A DNA stretch of 64,000 nucleotides from NCBI GenBank assembly GCA_900554815.1, contig USIO01000001.1, positions 10,389 through 74,388 on the forward strand. Reading direction: 5' to 3'. Below are positions 8,531-19,314 of the stretch, in pieces. The position numbers and the translations under genes are program-made. Numbering within the stretch: position 1 is the first letter of the stretch; the number at the start of each line of letters is the position of its first letter. Source of the stretch: an uncultured Clostridium sp. (GTDB taxonomy: Bacteria; Bacillota; Clostridia; TANB77; CAG-508). The notes beneath the pieces were generated by a model, which made no database searches, had not been told where the DNA came from, and saw only the letters and a list, made by a program, of their open reading frames with translations.

Positions 8531-11236
8531 CTATTTTTCATCTTTTGTTGTATTTATTTTTAATAGTTTAAAAATTTCAACAATTAAAATTGGTGAAAAT
8601 ACTAATAAAATTACTTCTAAAATATTTTCTATAGGAAGAGCTACAATGTTAAACACATTCCTTAGAGGTTCTACTAATAGTATAATAAACATTAGTGCAG
8701 CAGAAGCGACAATTGCTAAAATTAATTTAGAATTATTTAAAATTCCAGTTTTAAAAATAGATTCTTTATTATTCCTAATATTAAATACATGCACTAATTG
8801 AGATAATGCTAATACGCAAAATGCCATCGTTTGCCCAACTTTAATTCTCATGTGTTCTTCTATTCCAGGTGTTCCTAATCCTATACAAAATGCAATTAAT
8901 GTAATTGTTCCTATCATAATACCTTGATAAATAATTCTTATAGTCATTCCCTTCGTAAATATTCCTTTACCTGGCTTAACTGGTTTTCTCTTCATAACAT
9001 CTTTATTTGCTGGGTCAAATGCCAAAGCTAAAGCTGGTAACGAATCTGTTACTAAATTAATCCATAATATATGAATTGGTAATAATGGTTCTAATTCTTT
9101 AATATCAACAATTCCAAATAAACTTGCTAATACAGGTGTTAAAATAATAGCTATAAATAAAGTAATAATTTCCCCAACATTGCTAGATAATAAGAATTGA
9201 ATTGCTTTTAAAATATTATCATAAATACGTCTTCCTTCTTCTACTGCAGATACAACTGTTGCAAAGTTGTCATCTGTTAAAATTACATCTGCAGCTTCCT
9301 TAGCAACATCTGTTCCTACTATACCCATTGCGCAACCAATATCAGCATTTTTTAATGCAGGAGCATCATTTACGCCATCCCCTGTCATTGCAACAACTTC
9401 ACCATTTGCTTGCCATGCCCTTACAATCCTAACTTTATGCTCTGGAGATACTCTTGCATAAACAGAATAATTTCTTATATTCATAGCTAAATCTTCATCA
9501 CTTATTTCTTCTAATTGGCTACCTGTAATTGCTTCATCTTCATTTTCTAATATTCCTAAAGATTTTGCGATTGCAATTGCTGTTATTTTATGATCTCCAG
9601 TAATCATAACTGGCTTAATTCCAGCAGTTTTGCATTTTTCAACAGCGTCTTTTGCTTCTTGTCTTGGTGGGTCAATCATTCCAACCATACCAATAAAAGT
9701 TAAGTTATTTTCTATATCTTTAATTTCATCTTGAGAAGGATTGTGCTCTAATTCTTTATATGCCATTCCTAATACTCTTAAGGCATCTTTTGCCATATTT
9801 TCGTTATTTATATAAATGTCTTTTTTGTAGTCTTCTAAACTATCTTGTACTTTACCATTTATTAAACATTTATCACATCTTGCAAGTAATTCGTCTACTC
9901 CGCCCTTAGTGTAAACAAAATATTTGCCATCTACATTATGAACTGTAGTCATTAATTTTCTATCAGAATCAAATGGTATCTCCCCAATTCTTGGCATTGT
10001 TTCATAAATTGTAGATTCAAAGTTTAATTTAAGTCCAAAATCTACCAATGCTGTTTCTGTAGGATCTCCTGTTAACTGATTATTATCAGAAATTTTTGTA
10101 TCATTGCATAGCATACTCGTAAAAATAAGTTTTTTTAAATCTTCATCTATATTTTGAATTTCTGTAACATTCATTAGTTTATGATTATAAAATACTTTTT
10201 GCACTGTCATTTTATTTTGTGTTAATGTTCCTGTTTTGTCAGAACATATAACAGTTGCACTTCCTAAGGTTTCTACTGCAGGCAAACGCTTAACAATTGC
10301 ATTTTTCTTTACCATTCTTTGTACTCCAATTGCAAGAACAATAGTAGAAACTGCAGGTAAACCTTCTGGAATAGCTGCAACAGCGAGGCTAACTGCTGAC
10401 ATAAACATATGGATAGGTTCTTTTCCATAAAACAGTCCAACAATAAAAATAATAGCACAAATAATAAGCGCAACAATTCCTAGAGTTTTTCCAAGTTTAT
10501 TTAGCTTTTCTTGTAGTGGTGTTGTAGTTTCTTCTGATGAATTAATAATATCTGCAATTTTTCCAACTTCTGTATTCATCCCTGTTTCAACAACAATTCC
10601 CTTTCCTCTTCCATACGTAATTAAACTAGATGAAAAAACCATATTGATCCTATCTCCAATTCCTATTTTTTCATCATTTATTTTATCGCTAATTTTTTCA
10701 ACTGGTACAGATTCTCCTGTTAAAGCTGACTCCTGAGATTTTAGATTTATTGCTTCTATTAAGCGTAAATCTGCAGGAATATAGTCTCCAGTTTCTAATA
10801 TAACAATATCGCCAGGAACTAATTGACTTGATGGAATAACAATTAATTTTCCATCTCTAATTACTTTAGCAGCATGGCTACTTAATTTCTGCAATGCTTC
10901 TAAAGATTTTTCTGCCTTATTTTCTTGTACCACACCAATAATAGCATTTACAAAGACAACAATTAAAATAATAATTGTATCGGTAATTCCTTCACCTTCC
11001 ATTACTCCAATAATGCCTGATATCACAGCAGAAATAATTAAAACAATAATCATAAAGTCTTTAAATTGTTCTAAAAATTTTACAAACACACTTTTTTTCT
11101 TTTTGGTCTTTAATTCATTTAAACCATACTGGTCTTGCCTTTTTAAAACTTCTTCTGAAGTTAATCCTTTTTCAATATCTGTTTTTAAATTATTTTTGGT
11201 TTCTTCTACCGATAAATTAAACCAATTTTGTGTCAA
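8531..11236 (-). CDS. Calcium-translocating P-type ATPase (PMCA/SERCA-like, YloB family)
   Basis: Motifs DKTGTLT (phosphorylation site), IPEGLPAV, MITGDH and TGDGVNDAPALK. Cation_ATPase N- and C-terminal TM bundles. Confidence 0.95.
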   Translation of the reverse strand: MTQNWFNLSVEETKNNLKTDIEKGLTSEEVLKRQDQYGLNELKTKKKKSVFVKFLEQFKDFMIIVLIISAVISGIIGVMEGEGITDTIIILIVVFVNAIIGVVQENKAEKSLEALQKLSSHAAKVIRDGKLIVIPSSQLVPGDIVILETGDYIPADLRLIEAINLKSQESALTGESVPVEKISDKINDEKIGIGDRINMVFSSSLITYGRGKGIVVETGMNTEVGKIADIINSSEETTTPLQEKLNKLGKTLGIVALIICAIIFIVGLFYGKEPIHMFMSAVSLAVAAIPEGLPAVSTIVLAIGVQRMVKKNAIVKRLPAVETLGSATVICSDKTGTLTQNKMTVQKVFYNHKLMNVTEIQNIDEDLKKLIFTSMLCNDTKISDNNQLTGDPTETALVDFGLKLNFESTIYETMPRIGEIPFDSDRKLMTTVHNVDGKYFVYTKGGVDELLARCDKCLINGKVQDSLEDYKKDIYINNENMAKDALRVLGMAYKELEHNPSQDEIKDIENNLTFIGMVGMIDPPRQEAKDAVEKCKTAGIKPVMITGDHKITAIAIAKSLGILENEDEAITGSQLEEISDEDLAMNIRNYSVYARVSPEHKVRIVRAWQANGEVVAMTGDGVNDAPALKNADIGCAMGIVGTDVAKEAADVILTDDNFATVVSAVEEGRRIYDNILKAIQFLLSSNVGEIITLFIAIILTPVLASLFGIVDIKELEPLLPIHILWINLVTDSLPALALAFDPANKDVMKRKPVKPGKGIFTKGMTIRIIYQGIMIGTITLIAFCIGLGTPGIEEHMRIKVGQTMAFCVLALSQLVHVFNIRNNKESIFKTGILNNSKLILAIVASAALMFIILLVEPLRNVFNIVALPIENILEVILLVFSPILIVEIFKLLKINTTKDEK

Positions 11237-11334
11237 TCCTGAACACTCCTTCCTATAATATTATTTCAAGCATACATCCTATTTATGTAATCTTTTCATA
11301 AATGAACTGTGTTGTATAGAAAATTACATACAAA

Positions 11335-11392
11335 AAGACTCTTAAAGAAAGCGAAGCTATTTTTTCGTATGCTTGTTTTCTTTAAAAGTCTT
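11335..11392 (-). terminator. Long imperfect hairpin (terminator or attenuator) between rpmE and the Ca-ATPase gene
   Basis: About 20-bp arms aagactcttaaagaaagc / gcttgttttctttaaaagtctt, followed by TTTTT on the minus strand. Confidence 0.45.
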
Positions 11393-11533
11393 GCTTACTT
11401 TTTTTAAGTTTACTAACCAGATAAAAAAATTATCGCGACTGTTGATTAGTAATAAAAAGCTACTCCCTTTTAAAACAAAATTATTTTATCACTACTAAAT
11501 ATTTTTTTCAAGATGTAAAAGTAAAAATATAAA

Positions 11534-11560
11534 ATAATCGCCTCTTCTGAAGCGATTATT
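11534..11560 (-). terminator. rpmE terminator
   Basis: Stem aataatcgc / gcgattatt immediately after the stop codon, followed by a T-run. Confidence 0.6.
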
Positions 11561-11561
11561 T

Positions 11562-11759
11562 TTAGATACCATATTTTTTCTTAAATTTATCTGCTCTACC
11601 ACCTGTTGTATTTAATTTTAAGTTACCTGTCCAAAATGGATGGCATTTAGAGCATACATCTACTTTTATTTCTGATTTTGTTGAATTAGTTTCAAATTCA
11701 TTACCGCAAGCACATGTTATTTTACTTGGTCCATACTTTGGATGTATTCCATCTTTCAC
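11562..11759 (-). CDS. rpmE: 50S ribosomal protein L31 (Zn-binding type A)
   Basis: MKDGIHPKY...CACGNEF...[10 protein letters not shown], 65 aa. Confidence 0.95.
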   Translation of the reverse strand: MKDGIHPKYGPSKITCACGNEFETNSTKSEIKVDVCSKCHPFWTGNLKLNTTGGRADKFKKKYGI

Positions 11760-11836
11760 TGTCTTTCACCTCTTCCTTTATATCATAAAAAATATCTTTA
11801 ATATTTTAGCATATTTTGTAAGAAATATCAATAAAA

Positions 11837-11998
11837 TTATTTATTTTTATTATCTTCTTCTATTGACTGAATATAACCTGCTGAAGCGGCCAATTCATCG
11901 TCAAATGACATTTTGTTAACAATTTTTGATACTATATTAAATAAGCATGCAATTATTAAAATAATTAAACCTAATTTTTGCCATATTCTAGCTATCAT
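11837..11998 (-). CDS. Small (53 aa) membrane protein, hypothetical, not in the ORF track
   Basis: MIARIWQKLGLIILIIACLFNIVSKIV... with an AAGGAAG RBS. One TM helix. Confidence 0.35.
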   Translation of the reverse strand: MIARIWQKLGLIILIIACLFNIVSKIVNKMSFDDELAASAGYIQSIEEDNKNK

Positions 11999-12144
11999 AT
12001 TCTTACTTCCTTTTTTAAACTCATATTATAATTATACTATATTTTTATTTTTTGTCAATATTTTTGGCATTTTTGTAAATAATATAAATACAATTACATA
12101 ATTTTATAAAAAAGTTTAGAATAATAAAATTTGAAAGGAATTTT

Positions 12145-12750
12145 ATGAAATATATTATTTTAGTATTATTACTCTTGTTCTCATTAGTTGGCTGTGCCAA
12201 TTCAGAAGAATCTACTAACAATTATTCTACCGAAAAAATAAGCACAGAAAATAAAATAAATACCGTAAATAAAAACTCAAATTCTATTGCAAAGGAAGAA
12301 GAACTTTCGCAATTTAGTACAACAATTTATACCAAAACTGAAGCAAGACAAAATAATGTAAAAATTGCCTGTCAGGAATTATCTGAAACAATTGTTAAAC
12401 CCGGCGAAATATTTTCTTTTTGTAATACTTTGGGGCCTGCTCAACCAAGTGAAGGTTATCAAAAAGCAGATACGTTTGATGCTAATGGGGATATTTTTCA
12501 AGAATATGGAGGAGGAAAGTGCCAAGTAAGTAGTACTTTATATAATGCTGTTTTAAAAGTAAATGGGTTAGAAATTATAGAAAGGCATGGTCATAGCAAT
12601 AAGGTACCTTATATTGAAGAAGGAAAAGATGCAGCAGTTTCTTACGGTAGTGTAGATTTTAAGTTTAAAAATAATAACTCTTTTTCAATTAAAATTTTAG
12701 CAGAAGCTAATCCAGATAATATTGTTATTAAAATTATAAAAATCCCTTAA
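12145..12750 (+). CDS. VanW-domain lipoprotein
   Basis: Lipobox LVGC. VanW core GEIFSF...GGGKCQVSSTLYNAV...ERHGHS...VPYI..GKDAAV. Confidence 0.85.
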   Translation: MKYIILVLLLLFSLVGCANSEESTNNYSTEKISTENKINTVNKNSNSIAKEEELSQFSTTIYTKTEARQNNVKIACQELSETIVKPGEIFSFCNTLGPAQPSEGYQKADTFDANGDIFQEYGGGKCQVSSTLYNAVLKVNGLEIIERHGHSNKVPYIEEGKDAAVSYGSVDFKFKNNNSFSIKILAEANPDNIVIKIIKIP

Positions 12751-12799
12751 AAAGGTCTTAATTTTAAAAAGAGGCATATGATAATAGCAGGAGGTTAGT

Positions 12800-14020
12800 A
12801 TGTGCAAATTTTTTAGATTATTATTTATATTTTTTATAATTTTAACTTTAATTATGCCATTATCTTTTGCTACTGATGCTGCATATGTTTGGTCTAGTAG
12901 TGTAGAAACATCTAATAATACTACAAAAGACACTCCATCTACTTCTGCTTCTTTAAACTTAGACTGTGGTAGTGCTATTTTAATTGAACAAAATAGTGGT
13001 AAAATTTTATATGAGCAAAATGCTCATGAAAAATTTCGTCCTGCCTCTGTTACTAAAATAATGACAATTCTCTTAATTATGGAAGCACTAGATAGTGGAA
13101 AAATTTCTTTAACAGATAAAGTACCGTGTAGTACTACTGCAAGTCAAATGGGAGGATCTCAAATATGGTTGGATGAAACAGAAGAATTAACTGTTGATGA
13201 AATGTTAAAAGCAATTTGTGTCGTATCTGCTAATGATTGTACTGTTGCTATGGCTGAATTTTTATGTGGAAGTGAAGAGTTGTTTGTACAAGAAATGAAT
13301 AAAAAAGCTAATGAGTTGGGAATGAAAAATACCACTTTTAAAAATTGCCATGGCATTGATGAAGATGGTCATGTAACTTCTGCTTATGATATTGCTCTTA
13401 TGTCAAGAGAGCTAATGAATAAGCACTCCAGTATAACAAAATATACTACTATTTGGATGGATAGCTTACGAGATGGTAAATCTGAATTAGTCAATACTAA
13501 TAAACTAGTACGTAATTATTCTGGATGTACTGGGCTAAAAACCGGTTCTACATCCCTTGCTTTATTTAATTTATCTGCAACCGCAACAAAAAAAGATCTA
13601 TCATTAATTGCAGTTATTATGAAAGCTCCTACCAGCACAATTCGTTTTAATGAAGCAAAAAAATTGTTAGATTATGGTTTTAATAATTATAATTATAAAG
13701 AGTTTGCCAAAGAAGGTAATACAGTAGAAAATATTCCTGTATTTAAAGGAATACAAAAAAATTTAGAATTGATATACGAAAAAGATGTAGGATGTTTAAT
13801 AAAAAAGGGAGAAGAAAAAAACATTATACAAAATGTTCATATTGAAAGAAACGCTTATGCTCCTATAGAGCAAGGGCAGAAGTTTGGAGAAATAACATAT
13901 TCTCTAAATGGAAATACTTTGTCTACTGTAAATATTGTTGCTAAAGATAAAATAGACAAAATAAGTACTTTGAATATGATTACATTTGTATATAATAATT
14001 GGTTTAATCTATGTAGATAA
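12800..14020 (+). CDS. Serine-type D-Ala-D-Ala carboxypeptidase (PBP5/DacB/DacF-like)
   Basis: Signal peptide. Motifs SVTK (SxxK), SAND (SxN) and KTGS (KTG). PBP5 C-terminal domain. AGGAGG RBS. Confidence 0.9.
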   Translation: MCKFFRLLFIFFIILTLIMPLSFATDAAYVWSSSVETSNNTTKDTPSTSASLNLDCGSAILIEQNSGKILYEQNAHEKFRPASVTKIMTILLIMEALDSGKISLTDKVPCSTTASQMGGSQIWLDETEELTVDEMLKAICVVSANDCTVAMAEFLCGSEELFVQEMNKKANELGMKNTTFKNCHGIDEDGHVTSAYDIALMSRELMNKHSSITKYTTIWMDSLRDGKSELVNTNKLVRNYSGCTGLKTGSTSLALFNLSATATKKDLSLIAVIMKAPTSTIRFNEAKKLLDYGFNNYNYKEFAKEGNTVENIPVFKGIQKNLELIYEKDVGCLIKKGEEKNIIQNVHIERNAYAPIEQGQKFGEITYSLNGNTLSTVNIVAKDKIDKISTLNMITFVYNNWFNLCR

Positions 14021-14144
14021 ATCTAGTAATAAATGTTATGGAGTCTGTACCTAAATTTAATTACAAACTCCATAATATTTATTATATTTATTTTACTTCT
14101 GTTTTCCATAGCTTATGTTTATTACAATAAGCATATAAAACAGC
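13906..14144. repeat. Direct repeat copy 1 (239 bp): 3' end of the carboxypeptidase gene, the intergenic region, and a duplicated 3' end of dfx
   Basis: Identical to 17735..17973 except for 2 nt (14113-14114 tt versus cc). Confidence 0.9.
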
Positions 14145-14225
14145 TTGTACTATTAATTATATTGTTTGCAGTACCTGTCATTTTCATCTATAATGCAGGT
14201 ATCCTTATTATAGATGAAAAATATC

Positions 14226-15356
14226 CTAGTTTAAATTTTTTATTAAGATATTTTTTATAGCTTTATAAATTTTATCTCTTTCTCGCTTCAGTTCTTTCCG
14301 TGCTTCTAAGCTCTCCATTAACACTTTTTCTTGCTTTTTAGCTTCAGTTTTAATTTTTTCTAACTGTTCCATTTTTACAGATTTAAAAACTTTCAGATCT
14401 ATTATGTCTTCTTCTTTTATATCTTTTAAATTTAACAATGGTATATCTAAATTTAAATCATCTATTACATTACTTATTTTATTGCTATAATAGATTACAT
14501 ACATTTTTTGATTTGCAACAGCTGATAAAACCATTGCATGAAATCTGGAACAAATCATATATTCCATCTTGGCATATAGTTCTAAAAACTCATCAATATT
14601 TCCTCTATATCTTACATCGTGTATATTTTCATTTTCTCCTAATTTTTTCATTAAATAGTCTACAGTTTTTTCATCCCTTTCATGCTCACAGAATGAATAT
14701 AAAAACACTGAGTATCCTTCTTTTATATATACATTAATGTTATTTAAAAGCCATTTGTAATATATTGAGTTTTTATCTTTTAGGTAGTCTCTTATATTCA
14801 AGTCTATAACAGAAATTCCCACACTTTTTTTTATTTTTTCTTTATGAGCTAAATTATAAGAAAATGCATAATCAGGAGCATACCTAACGTTTTCTATATC
14901 TTTAAATAAGTTATAAGAATATTTATCTCTAAAACATATATCTGTACATATTTTAAAATCTTTTCTTGAAAGTTCAAAATATTCTTTCGTTTGATACGGG
15001 CCATAATTAGAACTTATATAACAAAATGGTATGTTTTTTTCTTTACATCGTTTAACAAAATCATAAAATTTAGGAGATAAATTATACACTTTTCCTCCTT
15101 CCATAAAAATAGAACCACCTACATATATATAAGTATCAAAATCTTCTACATTTGACTTATATAATTCTTCGTCAGTATCCTCCCCTTTCAATACATTCAA
15201 ATTTTTATATTTCATTGAAAGCCAATCCAAAAAATTTTCATCTGGTATTTTCATGTAAAATTGAAAATTTGGATATTTTTCTAATATCATTTTTATGAAA
15301 ATATCATCTCCCAAATTTTTTCTAGCATATGCCATAATAAATATTTTTTTATTCAT
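14226..15356 (-). CDS. Polysaccharide pyruvyl transferase family protein (CsaB-like)
   Basis: N-terminus KIFIMAYARKNLGDDIF is typical of PS_pyruv_trans. An in-frame CGG lies at 14300..14298, near the 3' end. Confidence 0.7.
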   Translation of the reverse strand: MNKKIFIMAYARKNLGDDIFIKMILEKYPNFQFYMKIPDENFLDWLSMKYKNLNVLKGEDTDEELYKSNVEDFDTYIYVGGSIFMEGGKVYNLSPKFYDFVKRCKEKNIPFCYISSNYGPYQTKEYFELSRKDFKICTDICFRDKYSYNLFKDIENVRYAPDYAFSYNLAHKEKIKKSVGISVIDLNIRDYLKDKNSIYYKWLLNNINVYIKEGYSVFLYSFCEHERDEKTVDYLMKKLGENENIHDVRYRGNIDEFLELYAKMEYMICSRFHAMVLSAVANQKMYVIYYSNKISNVIDDLNLDIPLLNLKDIKEEDIIDLKVFKSVKMEQLEKIKTEAKKQEKVLMESLEARKELKRERDKIYKAIKNILIKNLN

Positions 15357-16272
15357 TTATTATCTCCCTCGTATATTCAATAATTTCATTTCTAATTTCT
15401 TTCAAATTATTTTTGCACCATTCAATTAATTTATTGATTTCCTTTTTTTCTGTTTTATTGAATTTAACAAAAAATGATATCGTTAATAAGACTTGATTTT
15501 TCAACCATTCTTTTGGATTGTTTAATAAATTTCTTTTTACTATTTCTTCATATATTTTATATTTTTCTTCTAAATTCTCAATAATAAATTCTACATCTAA
15601 ATTGGAACTAATATTTTTAGAATGAATTCTATACACTCCTGATATCGTTCTCAAAATATATGCATCTCCTACTAATAATGCTCTTAAGTAAATTGACGAA
15701 TCATTTAACATTTTTACTTCTTTTATATTTGCTTTCTCTAAGTCAGTTTTTCTGAAAACTGTAGTAAATGTCGAATTACTTTTCATATATTTTTGCTGGA
15801 AGGAAGATAAATACTCTACATTGCTTATCTCCCCTTCTATATTCATTATGCTTTCTATCATTCGTCCTTCATTTACATATTCTATCATAGAGCTAGATGA
15901 TACTATACTTATGTTCTCTTTTAGTTTAAGTATTTCTATTGCTCTTTCGATAAAATCATCATTTGTGTAGTAATCATCATCGTCCATAAATATTATATAA
16001 TTTCCTTTTGATTTATCATATCCATTTTTTCTACTTACACCAGCACCTGAGTTTTCCTTATTTTTATAAAATTTTATCCTTGTATTATTTCTATATTTTT
16101 CTGTAATATATTCTTCTGTTCCATCTTTAGAGCAGTCATCTACTATTATAATTTCTTTATTTTCGTATGTTTGTTTTAATACTGATTCAATAGCCTCTTC
16201 TAAATATTTTCTTCTATTATATGAAGGTATTATTATACTCACTAGATTTTTCTCTAATAAATCTTGTTTCAC
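15349..16272 (-). CDS. Glycosyltransferase family 2
   Basis: VSIIIPSYNRRKYLEEAIESVLKQTY..IIIVDDCSKDGT and a DDD motif. Confidence 0.85.
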   Translation of the reverse strand: MKQDLLEKNLVSIIIPSYNRRKYLEEAIESVLKQTYENKEIIIVDDCSKDGTEEYITEKYRNNTRIKFYKNKENSGAGVSRKNGYDKSKGNYIIFMDDDDYYTNDDFIERAIEILKLKENISIVSSSSMIEYVNEGRMIESIMNIEGEISNVEYLSSFQQKYMKSNSTFTTVFRKTDLEKANIKEVKMLNDSSIYLRALLVGDAYILRTISGVYRIHSKNISSNLDVEFIIENLEEKYKIYEEIVKRNLLNNPKEWLKNQVLLTISFFVKFNKTEKKEINKLIEWCKNNLKEIRNEIIEYTREIINE

Positions 16273-17522
16273 TATATCACCTCATTATTTATCTTGTTTT
16301 TTAATTCATTCCATATCTCATTCGTATGTTTATAGTCATCATAGTGTTTTTCTACATCTCTATCATATTTATCTAATTCTTCTAATAGAATTGAAAAACT
16401 ATTCTTATTAAAAATACTATTTAGTTTTGGTATTATTTCTACTAGCTTATTTTTCATCTCTTCTATTTTATTTTTATAACTAACTCTATCTTTTATATAT
16501 AATAATAGAGGCTTATATTTAATCCAACCTATTGTTGCTTTAAGAAATCTGGTTTCTATACATTCTTCCTTTATGTTTATTTTTCTTAAACATTTTGGAT
16601 AAACTTTATCCATAATTTCTGTATATTTTAAAAATCCATCATGAAAATGGTATACCGGGATTCTAAATATTTTTGAATTCCCTAGTAGTGTGGAAAAAAA
16701 TGTATCTTCTCCTCGAGCAAGTGGTGGATTGTAAAATGCTGGAATTTTATCTCTATTATTTAAATTTAAGCACAAAGTTGAACCAGCTACCCATTTTCCT
16801 ACTCCTTCGCTTTTTATTTCATATGCTCCTTCCCCTTTAGCTATATTTATATTCGCATAAGTTACTCCATTATTGTTTTGCATTTTTTCCCTTATAGATT
16901 CCCATGAAATTATATCATTACTAATCACTTCAATAAATTCTTTCATATCATTTTCATTAAATTTTTCACTATAATCTATATATGGTATTGGCGAAATATA
17001 ACCACAATGAAATCCTATTGTTACGTCTGCATTTTCTTTTTCCATAAATTCTAAATGTCTTAAGATATTGTCTTGTTCAAGCCATACATTTTTGCCGTTC
17101 TGCTTTGCTATTGCTACTGGATATTCATCATCATCCCAAAATAATAAGTAATCCATTTTGTATTTTATTGCATAATACATAATTGTATTTCTTCCTTTAG
17201 CATGTCCATGTCCTAAAAAAAAGTTCATATCTTCTGCATTCATCTGATTTCTTACAGTTAGTTTTTTTATTTCCTCTTGTATTTCTTCTGGCGTTATATA
17301 TTTTATTTTTATATCCTTATATACCTCTGGTATAATATTATAAAATTCTTCTCTTTTGCATTGCTGATATGACGTATCAAAAAGAATAAATATGGTAATT
17401 TCTACTTTATTCTTATATTTTTTTGTTTGTTCTATCATGCTGTTATAATAGCTGTTAATAATTCTACACACATTTGCTCTACCTGTAACAAAACCAATTC
17501 CAAATTTAATTTTCTTTTCCAT
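16272..17522 (-). CDS. Hypothetical protein, possibly a GT-A-like glycosyltransferase
   Basis: DxD-like WDDDEYP and ARGEDTFFS. No firm family assignment possible by eye. Confidence 0.4.
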   Translation of the reverse strand: MEKKIKFGIGFVTGRANVCRIINSYYNSMIEQTKKYKNKVEITIFILFDTSYQQCKREEFYNIIPEVYKDIKIKYITPEEIQEEIKKLTVRNQMNAEDMNFFLGHGHAKGRNTIMYYAIKYKMDYLLFWDDDEYPVAIAKQNGKNVWLEQDNILRHLEFMEKENADVTIGFHCGYISPIPYIDYSEKFNENDMKEFIEVISNDIISWESIREKMQNNNGVTYANINIAKGEGAYEIKSEGVGKWVAGSTLCLNLNNRDKIPAFYNPPLARGEDTFFSTLLGNSKIFRIPVYHFHDGFLKYTEIMDKVYPKCLRKINIKEECIETRFLKATIGWIKYKPLLLYIKDRVSYKNKIEEMKNKLVEIIPKLNSIFNKNSFSILLEELDKYDRDVEKHYDDYKHTNEIWNELKNKINNEVI

Positions 17523-17688
17523 ATAAACCTCTTTTCTAAAAACACATTTGTTTTATTTTATCACGTTTTCAAGTGATTGTCAATCTATTCTCTCTCTAGG
17601 GGTCAGAGTGTTCAAGCAATCAAGGTATAAATAATTAAAAGTCATTTATCTTTTAACACTTTTCAGTTGTATCTAAATCGTCCAGTCT

Positions 17689-17849
17689 ATGATTATACTG
17701 TTGCTATGGCTGAATTCTTATGTAAAAGTTCTCAAAATGGAAATACTTTGTCTACTGTAAATATTGTTGCTAAAGATAAAATAGACAAAATAAGTACTTT
17801 GAATATGATTACATTTGTATATAATAATTGGTTTAATCTATGTAGATAA
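17689..17849 (+). pseudogene. Internally deleted remnant of the carboxypeptidase gene
   Basis: 17689..17729 is about 90 percent identical to 13233..13273. 17735..17849 is identical to the last 115 nt of the intact gene. Confidence 0.85.
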
Positions 17850-17973
17850 ATCTAGTAATAAATGTTATGGAGTCTGTACCTAAATTTAATTACAAACTCC
17901 ATAATATTTATTATATTTATTTTACTTCTGTTTTCCATAGCCCATGTTTATTACAATAAGCATATAAAACAGC
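17735..17973. repeat. Direct repeat copy 2 (239 bp)
   Basis: See copy 1. Here the dfx 3' end is part of the intact gene. Confidence 0.9.
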
Positions 17974-18297
17974 GTTTGGCAAATATTTAAATTTTACTGT
18001 TGTTGTTTGTTCTGGCAATAATCTAATTCTTGTTGTTTGATTATCAGCTACTTGAGCAATCCACATTATATAATGCTCTTTTTCCATAGGATGCTCTATT
18101 TCTCCTACTTTAACAATAATCTCATCTCCTACATGTTCATAAACAGGAACATGTTTTTCTGTAGAAGCATCTGTGGTATTAGCTAACATTAATTCCATTG
18201 CTTTTCCACAACATTTTATGTTTTCAGGTTTTCCACTTATAAAACCTATTATATTGTCACAAACTGAACATTTATAAAATCTTACATTTTCTTTCAT
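17917..18297 (-). CDS. dfx: Desulfoferrodoxin (superoxide reductase, class I)
   Basis: N-terminal desulforedoxin-like CSVC...CCG site plus a neelaredoxin domain (EKHVPV, EKEHYIMWI, AYCNKHGLW). Confidence 0.9.
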   Translation of the reverse strand: MKENVRFYKCSVCDNIIGFISGKPENIKCCGKAMELMLANTTDASTEKHVPVYEHVGDEIIVKVGEIEHPMEKEHYIMWIAQVADNQTTRIRLLPEQTTTVKFKYLPNAVLYAYCNKHGLWKTEVK

Positions 18298-18322
18298 ATT
18301 TCATAGTCTCCTTTTATATTTA

Positions 18323-19288
<966 letters not shown>

Positions 19289-19314
19289 TTATTTCTTTTA
19301 TATATTTTTGTCAA

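Larger units (their letters stand above)
14145..17734. other. 3.6 kb glycosylation/pyruvylation island bracketed by the 239-bp direct repeats
   Basis: Three co-directional minus-strand genes lie between the repeat copies. A degraded carboxypeptidase fragment sits at the right edge. Confidence 0.75.

Noticed and set aside
14033-14260. 75-aa ORF downstream of the carboxypeptidase gene
   Set aside because: It lies across the duplicated dacB-dfx junction repeat and the 3' end of the pyruvyl transferase gene. Hydrophobic AT-rich read-through with no RBS.
17667-17849. 60-aa ORF that looks like a small gene
   Set aside because: Its translation is a splice of two carboxypeptidase fragments (..TVAMAEFLC.. 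and ..NGNTLSTVNIVAKDK..NWFNLCR). It is a gene remnant.
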